A stretch of 64,000 nt of DNA from Ignavibacteriota bacterium. Lineage in GTDB: Bacteria > Bacteroidota > Ignavibacteria > UBA10030 > CAVZMI01. The stretch covers positions 1 to 64,000 of the forward strand of contig CAVZMI010000008.1 in NCBI GenBank assembly GCA_963776275.1. The letters are read 5' to 3'. Each line of letters opens with the position of its first letter. Positions within the stretch are counted from its first letter, which is position 1. Shown here in pieces: positions 1-9,859 of this stretch. Below the pieces are notes generated by a model that was given only the letters and a program-made list of their open reading frames with translations, was not told the origin of the DNA and did not search any database. The position numbers and the translations under genes are program-made.

Positions 1-753
1 ACCAGCTGGAGTTGCATAGAGTGATGCGGCGGTACTCCCAGGATGCTTCCTTAGATACTCGCTCACCATCGCAAAACCAATTGTATAGCCGGTATTGGCA
101 GGAATAGTTTTTTTCAAACCGACGAACCATTCCAGGTGGTCGTACTCCCTATCGAACCATATTCTCTCGGCGTTTGCTTTCCACTTGCTGAACTGCTCAT
201 TAGTCAGGGCCTGACAATAGAACGGCGTATCAATCTTGCATACCTGTATAGCGAAATGGCAAGCCAATCCTTCGCTGATCATAGCTTCAAACAAGTTATT
301 GCCGTAACCCACCGTTCGGTATCTCAGTATATGGTGATACTCATGGGGAATTGTCTGAATAATGTGAGTGCTTATGGCTTCGTTAAACTTGGGATGAGAA
401 GGATCAAGTAAAATATAGATCTGTTTGTCATTGGGTACGGCCCCACTCATGCCGATACGTGGAATGGTCCTTTCGGGAAAAACAAGTACTCTGAATTCAA
501 CGTTTTCCACCTTCATAACCTTACCGACAGAGTCAATGCCGAGTTTGATGTTCGCGATGATGGGTCGATAGTAGGAGGAATCCACCAGAGACATATTGTG
601 ATGGAAACAGATCTTGTTGGTTCCTAATGAATCAACGACGACTACGTCGTCCTGATTAAGCACGTTCTGTTTCTGTTCAGAATGACAAGAAGACAACAAA
701 AGAAGTAAGCATAAAATAATACCTACTTTGGATATTTTCAGGATCGTGTACAT
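1..753 (-). CDS. DUF2268-like Zn-dependent protease lipoprotein (3' end runs off the window)
   Basis: Not in the ORF track. Hand translation from ATG at 753 (GGAGG RBS upstream) gives MYTILKISKVGIILCLLLLLSSC (lipobox), then HEYHH, EAMISEGLA and GYTIG, open to position 1. Confidence 0.8.
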   Translation of the reverse strand, partial: MYTILKISKVGIILCLLLLLSSCHSEQKQNVLNQDDVVVVDSLGTNKICFHHNMSLVDSSYYRPIIANIKLGIDSVGKVMKVENVEFRVLVFPERTIPRIGMSGAVPNDKQIYILLDPSHPKFNEAISTHIIQTIPHEYHHILRYRTVGYGNNLFEAMISEGLACHFAIQVCKIDTPFYCQALTNEQFSKWKANAERIWFDREYDHLEWFVGLKKTIPANTGYTIGFAMVSEYLRKHPGSTAASLYATPAG

Positions 754-808
754 GTTCCTCCAGGTTTTAATCATGGTCGAAGGAGACAATGAGTTTTTGA
801 CGCATGGC

Positions 809-949
809 GCATAACTCGTATAACAACGCAACCTGTCCCCTACGGGCCCTACGGGTCGTTGACCGTAGGCCCACGCTTGTCCCGATGTCTACCCTGATGA
901 CAATCGGGGACGATCGGGGAAATTCGGGATTGCGTTATAATTTCTTAAG
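809..949 (-). mobile_element. Degenerate attC-like site
   Basis: Minus strand ends in GTTATGC upstream of the DUF2268 gene. Inverted arms TATAACGCAA / TTGCGTTGTTATA enclose inner hairpins. The R'' end is degenerate. Confidence 0.45.
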
Positions 950-981
950 GCCGATTACAGCACCAGAAAATATTCCGGTAA

Positions 982-1087
982 ATTATCCTTAGAATCTCAT
1001 CATGAGGTTTGCGCGATTAAATTCTCAAAATCTATATCGATTCATCATCGATCTTAAATTCGATTGGTATGTGGGAAGTGTTATTCT
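982..1087 (-). repeat. 106-bp duplicated promoter-like element, copy 1
   Basis: Matches 17963-18068 with 7 mismatches by manual alignment. Minus strand reads TTAAGA-17bp-TAGATT. Confidence 0.9.
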
Positions 1088-1090
1088 GTT

Positions 1091-1280
1091 AGCACCGCTC
1101 CATGGTAGTAAAGAATAATTGTAGGGTTAGAAACACCGCTGTACGGCACTGTGTCACTTTTATGATACGGTGAAACAGTACCGCTCCGCGGTATTAAAGA
1201 ATAGTTGTAGTGACACTAGTACCGCTCCAACTTTATTCAAAAAAATTCTATATGATTATATATGTTGGAGCGTGTACTGT
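1091..1280. repeat. Cluster of degenerate ACAGTACCGCTCCGCGG-type repeats
   Basis: AGCACCGCTCCATGGTAGTAAAGAATAATTGTAG (1091) resembles AGTACCGCTCCGCGGTATTAAAGAATAGTTGTAG (1177). Related motifs occur at 9771-9806 and 47793-47828. Confidence 0.6.
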
Positions 1281-1455
1281 ACTCCCACATTTGTAAAATT
1301 AAATATTTGTAGGAATACTAGCAGGATTGTACGAAAATTGGTATTGAAAAGCAATATATTGAGTGAAATATTATTAAAATAATTACGAAAGATTCCTTGA
1401 TAAATTTTTCAATTAGCGGTGTACCTGTGTGATAGCATTTCTCACGTCTCGACTC

Positions 1456-2058
1456 CTATTTCTTCGGACTAGACTTATAAGCCTGCCATTCAGTAAATAA
1501 CTTCATCCAAGTTTTGGTGGCCTTCGCATCGGAGCGAGCAAGCCAGCCGGATTGGGCTTCCCTAACGAGTTCGGGATGCGCGATTTTCATCCATCCCATC
1601 ATACCTGACCACCCTTTATGGTAGGCTCTTTTCTCTTCCTCCGTAACTGGTGTAAGTTCGTCCGTTTGGATGAGGCCTTTGCGAAAGATTATTATGCTGC
1701 CGTAGTGACTTTCGGGGATTCCGATGAAGCGTAGCCAATCACTCCGCTCTATGATCGAGTTGACGATCACAGTGTCGCCGTGAATGACTAGATCCTTGAA
1801 AACAAGTACAGAGTTCCCAATCGAATCAGCTTCGAAGAGCTCCCGAATAGCCGTCTTACCCACTTTTAGATTCTCTCCCGGAATAAGGAAAGCGGCATCG
1901 TCCGCGTAGAAAGCGAGTTGCCGCGTCACATCGTGTTGGTTATGAGCTTTGACCATTTGTAGTATCCGCTGTTCAAGGCTCGGAGCTCGAGTACAGGCCG
2001 CTGGAATGAGGGCCAGGAAGAGAAAATAAAAAATGCATTTTTTCATAGTACGCCTCAT
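1456..2058 (-). CDS. SnoaL/NTF2-like lipoprotein
   Basis: Lipobox PAAC; AHNQHDV..FYADDA..GKTAIR pattern. Confidence 0.7.
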   Translation of the reverse strand: MRRTMKKCIFYFLFLALIPAACTRAPSLEQRILQMVKAHNQHDVTRQLAFYADDAAFLIPGENLKVGKTAIRELFEADSIGNSVLVFKDLVIHGDTVIVNSIIERSDWLRFIGIPESHYGSIIIFRKGLIQTDELTPVTEEEKRAYHKGWSGMMGWMKIAHPELVREAQSGWLARSDAKATKTWMKLFTEWQAYKSSPKK

Positions 2059-2069
2059 TAATGATTGTT

Positions 2070-2560
2070 GCCGAACATTTGAGAAGTATTCGTCGGCGAG
2101 CTGTCGTATGATATCTCACCGCACGATGCGCTACTTTTGTCCCGCTTCCGATTCCCTTCGGCGTCCTTCGACTCGCCTCGACTTTGCTCGGCGTAAGTAG
2201 CTCAGCACAAGTAGCTCGGGGCAAGTCGCTCAGGATCCGCTCAGGGCAAGCCCCTCGACACGCCTCCGGCGAGCTCGGGACAAGCCCCTCGACAACGCCT
2301 CCGGCGAGCTCGGGACAAGCCCCTCGACAACGCCTCCGGCGAGCTCGGGACAAGCCCCTCGACAACGCCTCCGGCGAGCTCGGGACAAGCCCCTCGACAA
2401 CGTCTCCGGCGAGCTCGGGACAAGCCCCTCGACACGCCTCCGGCGAGCTCGGGACAAGCCCCTCGACACGCCTCCGGCGAGCTCGGGACAAGCTATTAGG
2501 AGTGGGGCGATCAAAAGTGTTGAGCTACGATAGGAGCGAACCGGATATACGCTGTTAGAC
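2070..2560 (-). mobile_element. Expanded attC-like site (491 bp) carrying a repeat insertion
   Basis: Minus strand GTCTAAC lies 12 nt after the methyltransferase stop, and GTTCGGC lies just before the next gene. The inner arms are homologous to 7760-7820. Confidence 0.6.
2251..2492. repeat. 7 tandem 34-35 bp palindromic units (CCCCTCGACAACGCCTCCGGCGAGCTCGGGACAAG)
   Basis: Direct inspection; no unique spacers between units. Confidence 0.95.
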
Positions 2561-2572
2561 GATGGCCGGAAA

Positions 2573-3238
2573 TTATTTTGGTTTTGCTACACATGCAAAT
2601 TGTAAATATTTAATATCTGATAGATATCCAAATGATAAAATATTTAATAAAACTAATTTCCACGATTTGATTGGATTAATACCTTTTATGGTCCTAATTT
2701 CATAATCTAAAGAGTTAAACATCTCAACTATACTGAGTAATGTAAAAAACCTCAAATGCGTTTTATCTAATATTCCCTCATCCTCATATTTCCATTGTTT
2801 TTTGATCAGTAAGTCCTTTAATGTATAAAAGTATCTGACATTGGGAATAGAACTTACAACCACACCATCTTTAGTAAGTTTATCTTTTATACGTAATAAG
2901 ATATAAAACGGATCGACGAGATGTTCCAGTACATCGTTGAAGACTATACAATCAAAAAAGTTATTGGGAATATCATCAATTAATTGAACAATATCTCCAA
3001 TGTAAACTTTATCGATTTTTGTTTGAGCGAGGGCACCCGCAGTTTTATCAATTTCAATTCCCCATACTTCCGCATTAATTTTTTGTTTCAATTGTCTGCC
3101 AAATAAACCCTCACCGCAACCGATATCTAATATTGTTTTTGCACTACAGGGAATAAAGTCCATCATCTCGGGTCGGCACCTATTATAGTAACCCATCGGT
3201 TTAATTAATGGGTCTCTCAGATTTTGATTGTTAAACAT
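2573..3238 (-). CDS. Class I SAM-dependent methyltransferase (glycan-associated type)
   Basis: ILDIGCGEG, FNDVLEHL, GILDKTHLRFFT; very AT-rich. Confidence 0.9.
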   Translation of the reverse strand: MFNNQNLRDPLIKPMGYYNRCRPEMMDFIPCSAKTILDIGCGEGLFGRQLKQKINAEVWGIEIDKTAGALAQTKIDKVYIGDIVQLIDDIPNNFFDCIVFNDVLEHLVDPFYILLRIKDKLTKDGVVVSSIPNVRYFYTLKDLLIKKQWKYEDEGILDKTHLRFFTLLSIVEMFNSLDYEIRTIKGINPIKSWKLVLLNILSFGYLSDIKYLQFACVAKPK

Positions 3239-3269
3239 ATTCTGTACTTCTAAATAATTTCTGTCTTTT

Positions 3270-3583
3270 GCTTAACGTCTGGCGTGCCGGCCCGCCTGCG
3301 GGCCGAAACGCGGCCCTTCCGCTTACGTTTCACTTCCGCCTTCGTTTCACTCCGGCGGACAAGCTCGCCTCCATCCGTCCGCCTCGTCGAGACTCGGCGA
3401 GACGGGCTCGGCGGAGCGGGTCGGCGTGCAGGCCCGCCTTAGTCCGGAGGACGTCAGCGGAGCAGTACTTTAGTACGGCGGGCAGGCCCCGCCTTAGTCC
3501 GGAGGACGTTGGCGGAGCAGTACTTTAGTACGGCGGGCAGGCAGGCCTGTGGACCGAAGCGCCGCTTTTAGGCGCGTAGGTTC
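3270..3583. repeat. Mosaic of GC-rich palindromic repeats ending in an attC R'-like box
   Basis: Two ~55-bp tandem copies of CCCGCCTTAGTCCGGAGGACG..GCAGTACTTTAGTACGGCGGGCAGG plus other hairpins. Minus-strand GTTAAGC at 3270-3276. Homologous pieces at ~18468-18510 and ~30428-30482. Confidence 0.75.
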
Positions 3584-3584
3584 G

Positions 3585-5683
3585 TCATCTGAGCAAAAGA
3601 AGCTTCTTAGTCTCGGTGAATGAGCCGGCCTGCAAGCGGTAGAAATAAACGCCGCTTGAAAATCCTGCAGCATTCCATTGCCGCGAGTACTTTCCCGCAG
3701 GCAGCTCTTCGGAGACGAGAATCGACAGTTCTCTTCCCAAAGCATCAAAAACTTTTAGTGATACGAATGATTTCGATGGAAAACCAAATGAAATAGTTGT
3801 CGCCGGGTTAAAAGGGTTCGGATAGTTCTGGTCAAGACTGAAATTCGTCGGCAAATCAGTTGGATTCGTTGCCACCGATGTCATTTCCGACAACGGTCGT
3901 CTCCAGACACCGCCGCCATAAGTCCCGGCAAAGAGATTCGTGCCGGAAACGGCAAGAGACCAGACAGAAGTGTTCGTCAAGCCTGTACTCGCCGCAGTCC
4001 AGCTTGTGCCGTTGTTGGTGGAAAGAAATACGCCGCCATCAGTCCCGGCAAAGAGATTCGTACCAGAAACGGCAAAAGACTGAACAATAGTGTTCGTCAA
4101 GCCGGTATTGACAGGGGTCCAGCTTGTGCCGTTGTTGGTGGAAAGAAAGACACCGCCCCAAGTTCCGGCAAAGAGATTCGCGCCGGAGACGGCGAGGGTT
4201 TGGACATGAGTGTCCGTCAAGCCGGTATTGACTGCGGTCCAGCTTGTGCCGTTGTTGGTGGAAAGAAAAACGCCGCCGCCATAAGTCCCGGCAAAGAGAT
4301 TTGTGCCGGAAACGGCAAGAGCAACGACAACAGGGTACGTCAAGCCGGTATTGACCGGAGTCCAGCTTGTGCCGTTGTTGGTGGAAAGAAATACGCCGTA
4401 GCCCCAATCCCCGGCAAATATATTCGTGCCGGAAACGACAAGAGCAAAGATTTCAGGGAACGTCAAACCTGTACTCGCCGCAGTCCAGCTTGTGCCGTTG
4501 TTGGTTGAAAGAAAGACACCACCGCCATATGTCCCAGCAAATAGATTCGTACCGGAGATGGCAAGAGCACGGACATCAGTGTTCGTCAAGCCGGTATTGA
4601 CCGCAGTCCAGCTTGTGCCGTTGTTGGTGGAAAGAAATACACCGCCGCCATAAGTCCCGGCAAAAAGATTTCCCGTTAAGTCGGGAGCAAGAGCATATAC
4701 ATTAGGGTACGTCAAGCCTGTACTAGCCGTAGTCCAGCTTGTGCCATTGTTGGTGGATAGAAAGACGCCGCAGCCTTCAGTACCGGCAAAGAGATTTCCC
4801 GATAAGTCGGGAGCAAGAACATGGACATTAACGTTGGGCAAGCCGGTATTGACCGTAGTCCAGCTTGTGCCGTTGTCGGTGGAAAGAAATACGCCGCCGT
4901 CCTCAGTCCCGGCAAAGAGATTCGTGCCGGAGACGGCGAGGGTTTGGATATGAGTGTTCGTCAATCCGGTATTGACAGCAGTCCAGCTTGTACCGTTGTC
5001 GGTGGAAAGAAATACACCGCCGCCATAAGTCCCGGCAAAGAGATTCGTATCGGAGACGGCAAGAGCAAAGACATTAGTGTTTGTCAAGCCGGTATTCGCC
5101 GCAGTCCAGCTTGTGCCATTGTTGGTGGAAAGAAATACACCGCCGCCATAAGTCCCGGCAAAGAGATTCGTATCGGAAACGGTAAGAGCCAAGAGATCAG
5201 GGTACGACAAGCCTGTACTCGTCTCAGTCCAGCTTGTGCCGTTGTTGGTGGAAAGAAATACCTGGCCGCCAAAAGTCCCGGCAAAGAGATTCGTGCCGGA
5301 AACGGCAAGAACATAGACAGAAGTGTTCGTCAAACCGGTATTGACCGCAGTCCAGCTTGTGCCGTTGTTGGTGGAACGAAAGACGCCGCCAAAAGTCCCG
5401 GCAAAGAGATTCGTGCCGGAGACGGCAAGGGTTTGGACGTTAGTGTTCGTCAAGCCTGTATTGACCGCAGTCCAGCTTGTGCCGTTGTTGGTGGAACGAA
5501 AGAGGCCGCCAGAAGTTCCGGCAAAGAGATTCGTGCCGGAGACGGCAAAGGAAGAAACGTGGCCGCCGTAAGGTCTCATTGCTTTGGATCCATTGGGCAA
5601 GCAATGGATTCGTAGTGGTGAATAGGCAAAACACCACAAAGAGGAATCCGCCACAGCGGACAAGTTGGAGAATGTTTTTTATG
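3585..5683 (-). pseudogene. BNR/Asp-box beta-propeller repeat protein with T9SS C-terminal domain, frameshifted
   Basis: About 13-14 repeats of ~42 aa (WTAVNTGLTN..LAVSGTNLFAGTYGGGVFLSTNNGTS) and QNYPNPFNP. The signal peptide and AQWIQSN are in another frame (one extra base near 5577). ATA, not ATG, follows the AAGGAG RBS. Confidence 0.8.
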
Positions 5684-6123
5684 TGTTTCTCCTTTCGTGA
5701 AATAGGGAAGGGCAAATGCAAACAACCTGTGTAAAGACGCTATACAGCATATTTATTTTTGTCTGTTTTCAGCAGGAAAATTATTCCGATAAAACCTTCA
5801 AGTCTCATCATACGATTTGTGACAATCTTATCAATTCTATATTGAATTATCTTCTCGTCTATATTTCGAGTAGTCAACGGGAGGCGCCTTTCTATGTTAG
5901 AATGATTGTACGAGAAATAGTATCGAAAAACAAGAACAATGTAGAAATAGCTGGTTGGATTGATGATTTCGGATTGATGAAACGTCCGCTAGATCACGAT
6001 TGCTTGCACTGAGCATGGTCGAAGGGCTCGCCGTGAGCGACTTGTGCCGAGCTTGCCGGAGATAATGCCAAATGGCAGTCTGCTTTAAGATTTGCGGCGA
6101 TCTAAGAGACGAAATTCTCCTTA

Positions 6124-6304
6124 GTCCCATGGGGACGGCCTATTTGTAGAACATAATATAGAAGAAGGATATTCAAGCTCCGTCAGGAGCGGCCTATAAC
6201 AAAGCAGATTGAATGAAAAAACATCCATTGCATAGGTCGCACCTACGGTGCTACAATTTTTACTGCTATTTATAATTCTACAAATAGGCTGCCCCTACGG
6301 GGCA
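6124..6304. repeat. REPIN-like inverted doublet of REP hairpins
   Basis: GTCCCATGGGGACGGCCTATTTGTAGAA..GCTCCGTCAGGAGCGGCCTAT is mirrored by ATAGGTCGCACCTACGGTGC..TTCTACAAATAGGCTGCCCCTACGGGGC. Confidence 0.75.
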
Positions 6305-6593
6305 TCCTGTGAGGGCAATTTGTTTTTTAAGACTGTTTTTGTATTTAGTTCTCCGGCTATATATCCCCGTTGCCATTTGGCACAAACAGAGGCATGTCGA
6401 GGGGTCGAGGGGTTGAAGGGAATCGGGAATAGGTGGATTTATGAGTGGAATTTGCTAATTATTTTTATTGCCGGATTTCAGCTTCTGCTTCGGGAGCGCC
6501 TGCCCCCACACGTTTCCAGTCGTGGTCGTAATGCTTGCAGTTAGCCGATGCGGTGCACGACAAAGGGTATAATAACGGAGTTGCTGTACATAT

Positions 6594-7205
6594 CTATTTT
6601 ATTATGACAGAAACGAGTTCCAATCGTGCAGAACGATACGGTTGACCCGAATTTGTTTTGGAGTATTCATCAAATGCTATGAGCCCTACACCTGGAGATA
6701 AGAAATTATCTTCAACCAATTTGGAATTGTTTAGGAATCGATATTGGTAGCAACTGTACGTGCCCTGCGGAACGGTTACAGAAATGTCATTTGCATAGAC
6801 AGACACTTGATAAGTAGTAGAATTTTCAAGTGGGATTGTCCAGCTGTCACCAACATTTGCTGGATACTTGAAAAAAAGAGCAGGTGCAATAGGTGATGAG
6901 CCGGTCTTCATTCTCCAGAGACCATCCGACTTGTTTGTAAAAAAGATGGTCTTATCCGTAAATTGGTACCATGTTTCACTACCGAAAAGGCTATCTTTGC
7001 CTACGACGAGAGTATCGTAAATCGTCCACATTGTGGTTCCAGTCGTGTCAAATAATGTAGCACGAATAACCCAGGTGTTGCCAGTCTTGAGCGGTAGAAT
7101 TTGTTTGTCAATCAACGAAGGATTAACGGGATTATCGTCTTTCTTGCAGGATGCGAAAGCGAGTATCGAGAGAAAGAGCAGCGTGTGAATGTAAAATGAT
7201 CTCAT
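6594..7205 (-). CDS. Lipoprotein, TapB/DUF3108-like beta-sheet domain
   Basis: Lipobox FASC; PLKTGNTW, KYPANVG, VTVPQGTY, SPGVGLI. Confidence 0.7.
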   Translation of the reverse strand: MRSFYIHTLLFLSILAFASCKKDDNPVNPSLIDKQILPLKTGNTWVIRATLFDTTGTTMWTIYDTLVVGKDSLFGSETWYQFTDKTIFFTNKSDGLWRMKTGSSPIAPALFFKYPANVGDSWTIPLENSTTYQVSVYANDISVTVPQGTYSCYQYRFLNNSKLVEDNFLSPGVGLIAFDEYSKTNSGQPYRSARLELVSVIIK

Positions 7206-7264
7206 GTTTGTTCCTTTCGATGAATGTCATTAAAAGTGTTAGCTGCCGTTTGCGGTATGGCGAA

Positions 7265-7705
7265 CTATTTCTTGATAAGTAGATTTTGTGCCCATATGAC
7301 TAGCCAGACTGCGAGTGTAATGACGTAGTAAAGGGGGAACAAAGTCGTGTTGCTAAAGAGGAACTTCCTTTTCTTGAGTTCATTGCGTCCTGATGCGGCT
7401 AGGGTCATGTCATTGTTGGATTCTATTTGGCGTGCCCGGGCCATGTAGCCGGTCATATAGGCTGATAGCCGGCGTTCGTTGTTAAGGCCCATTACACAGA
7501 CGAAAAAGGCGAACAGAGAAAGTACAGTACTGACAAGATCCATACTCAAGATCTTCTGGCCTATTATGGAAAAGACCGCAACCTGAACAGTGGTGACAAA
7601 AGCCATGTCCTGACGGCGGAGAGTCGAGTGATGCTGGAACTGTAAGAAAGCGTGCTCGTATTCGAGTTTGTCTCGTTCCCACATCGAGGTAGTTGTTATG
7701 GGCAT
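7265..7705 (-). CDS. Small 2-3 TM membrane protein (RipA/SLATT-like layout)
   Basis: GGAGG RBS before ATG at 7705; hydrophobic helices; ARARQIE motif. Confidence 0.55.
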   Translation of the reverse strand: MPITTTSMWERDKLEYEHAFLQFQHHSTLRRQDMAFVTTVQVAVFSIIGQKILSMDLVSTVLSLFAFFVCVMGLNNERRLSAYMTGYMARARQIESNNDMTLAASGRNELKKRKFLFSNTTLFPLYYVITLAVWLVIWAQNLLIKK

Positions 7706-7739
7706 GGTTCCTCCGAAATGGAATTGTGTCGCAAATGGC

Positions 7740-7873
7740 ATCTAGCGTCCGGCAAAAACATGCAGTACTTTTATCCCGCTCCCGATTCTATCGGGAGCGG
7801 GACGAGCAAAAATGTTGAGCGACCACTATAATTCATTTCTTAATAACGAGCGTCGTGGTGCGACATGTTAGTT
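7740..7873 (-). mobile_element. attC-like site (empty form of the 2070-2560 site)
   Basis: Minus strand AACTAAC ... GCTAGAT; central hairpin TCCCGCTCCCGAT-TCT-ATCGGGAGCGGGA. Confidence 0.55.
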
Positions 7874-7986
7874 GCAGTTGCCACTCTTCTTACTTTATAG
7901 CTAAATTTAAAAATGGCTGCACATATTATTTACCATCGATGAGAAATATGCGATCCAATTTCTAAGAATATTTATTAAGAAATTCA

Positions 7987-8961
7987 TTATTTGAGAATAA
8001 CCTTAACAAGCTCATACTCCATAATCGCATAAATCAGAGGCCTTATTCTTACTAATCGGGTTACGTATATCCTCACAAATCCGGTATTTGGAGAAATGTA
8101 AGTATCGCCCGGGTAGGGGAACGGAGGAGATGGATTGAGCGTGCGATATTGATAGCATTTAAACTGCCCTGCGGCCGTGTTAAGTATTTCATTTGTCGAA
8201 ACTACCTGGATAGAGTCGTTCGCAGATTGGTATATCTCATTTTTAATCGCTGGGTACTTCCATTTAAGATATGGAAATAATCCTCCGGCCCATAATCCAT
8301 TTGATCTATTGGTAAGATAGTAAGATATAGTCGGATCTAATCCTTTTACATAATACCATTGTTCATTGTTGAGTACTGTGTCCTTAACAACTACAACTGT
8401 ATCAGTATATATGGAACTATCATTAGGAGCATTCGGGCTTTTCATAATCCATATATTCCCGACTTTTAATGGAATTAAATCGCCCCCGATAAAATCTCCG
8501 ATTCGGATGGCTCTCCCGCTCCCATTGGCATGATAACCCAGGCAGTCCGATCCACTAAAGGTGAAATCCATTGTATCCCCTGAAACCGTAGCGGTTCCGG
8601 TGAAAGTACCGGAACAGTCAGGCGTAGTTTCTTCAAGTGAAAAGTCGAATCGGTTGCTTTCTATTGTTGCTGTAAAATTGGAGACAGTGCCTGTCGAACC
8701 AGATTGTGATTTGAATGTACCGCTGACGTTATTAGAAGTTTGTGTGAGCGTTATTATTATGGAAGCATTTGGAACGAGGCTCGTCGAGTATGAACCGGTC
8801 CAAGTTCCGGCAACACTAATAATTGGCGGCGAAGCCGGATTTTCCTCTTTTTTACATGATAGAGAAAGAACGATAATGAAGAGTACTGCTGAAAGTATCG
8901 TACAGGATTTGATTTTCCAAGCCGCGTTTCTATGGAAAGTTTTGTATGTCATATTTTTCAT
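7987..8961 (-). CDS. Two-domain lipoprotein; C-terminal domain paralogous to 6594-7205
   Basis: Lipobox SLSC; PLKVGNIW, KYPA, AGQFKCYQYR, SPNTGFV. Confidence 0.7.
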   Translation of the reverse strand: MKNMTYKTFHRNAAWKIKSCTILSAVLFIIVLSLSCKKEENPASPPIISVAGTWTGSYSTSLVPNASIIITLTQTSNNVSGTFKSQSGSTGTVSNFTATIESNRFDFSLEETTPDCSGTFTGTATVSGDTMDFTFSGSDCLGYHANGSGRAIRIGDFIGGDLIPLKVGNIWIMKSPNAPNDSSIYTDTVVVVKDTVLNNEQWYYVKGLDPTISYYLTNRSNGLWAGGLFPYLKWKYPAIKNEIYQSANDSIQVVSTNEILNTAAGQFKCYQYRTLNPSPPFPYPGDTYISPNTGFVRIYVTRLVRIRPLIYAIMEYELVKVILK

Positions 8962-9032
8962 ATCTATTTTCCCTTCTATTATTCAAGGTTACGAAATATT
9001 TTCGTATTAATAAGGAACTAAAAATATCATAG

Positions 9033-9099
9033 GCATAAGGGTTGTGCGCGGCTTTTCTCCTCACGCCATTCCTAGCGCCGTGTTTTTGCGTGTTGGTCA
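9033..9099 (-). mobile_element. Degenerate attC-like site
   Basis: Minus strand GACCAAC ~30 nt after a stop, and CTTATGC upstream of the next gene. Confidence 0.35.
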
Positions 9100-9127
9100 C
9101 CGTGCACGAAATCATTATTGTATTTTC

Positions 9128-9541
9128 CTATTGCTGCGGATAGAAGACTGAATTAAATAGGATCGTATCAGGGATTTGTTTTTTGAATTTGGAGAACTTG
9201 AGATCATAGTAGATGTTCTTGATGTCAACAACGAACATGGAATCCTTAGGTGCGTTTTCAAGAATGTCGACATATGACACTTCGCCAGATGGTGCCACAA
9301 CAAACATTATTGGTAAAACTCCAGATGGCCACATTTTTTGGTTGTATCCAGAGAATACTTTCGCGGTTTTGACAAATATCTGCTTTAAGGCTTGCTGGTA
9401 TTCTCCATCTGGAATCTGGCACCGATCCTGAGAATAGTAATAGCGGCTCTTCGGATCAGCTTCTCTCGAACGCGGCCTAGAGCAAGTAATGAGAATTAGG
9501 GAAAAAATGATGAAGATAAACATTGAGAGAATTTTGTTCAT
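9128..9541 (-). CDS. Small lipoprotein, TonB C-terminal-like
   Basis: Lipobox LITC; SGVLPIMFVVAPSGEVSYV. Confidence 0.55.
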   Translation of the reverse strand: MNKILSMFIFIIFSLILITCSRPRSREADPKSRYYYSQDRCQIPDGEYQQALKQIFVKTAKVFSGYNQKMWPSGVLPIMFVVAPSGEVSYVDILENAPKDSMFVVDIKNIYYDLKFSKFKKQIPDTILFNSVFYPQQ

Positions 9542-9859
9542 ATGAAATCACTTTCAATTGATGGCGTGCCGACTGCTAATTACAAAGTCAAAAGCCAACC
9601 TCTTGGTTATAGAGTGTAAGAACCCAAACTCCCGCAAAGTGGGACTATTCGAGGCCCTGACTGTGCTATCAACGATCAATACCAGTCCTCGTTTTCACAA
9701 CAACACGGGAATACTTTTTTCTCTTATCGAAGACCTCGCTGATCTATGGCAGGGATTTTGACCTTTTATACGGTGAAACACGGTAAAACAGTGCCGCTCC
9801 GCGGCAGTACCACTTCGTGGTAAAGTGTCAGTTGCAGTTGTCTTGCGATGGTGGGGTCA

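Noticed and set aside
2251-2492. CRISPR array
   Set aside because: Units are contiguous with no unique spacers, and there are no cas genes in the window
1973-2558. Several overlapping ORFs
   Set aside because: Translations of the stop-free tandem repeat
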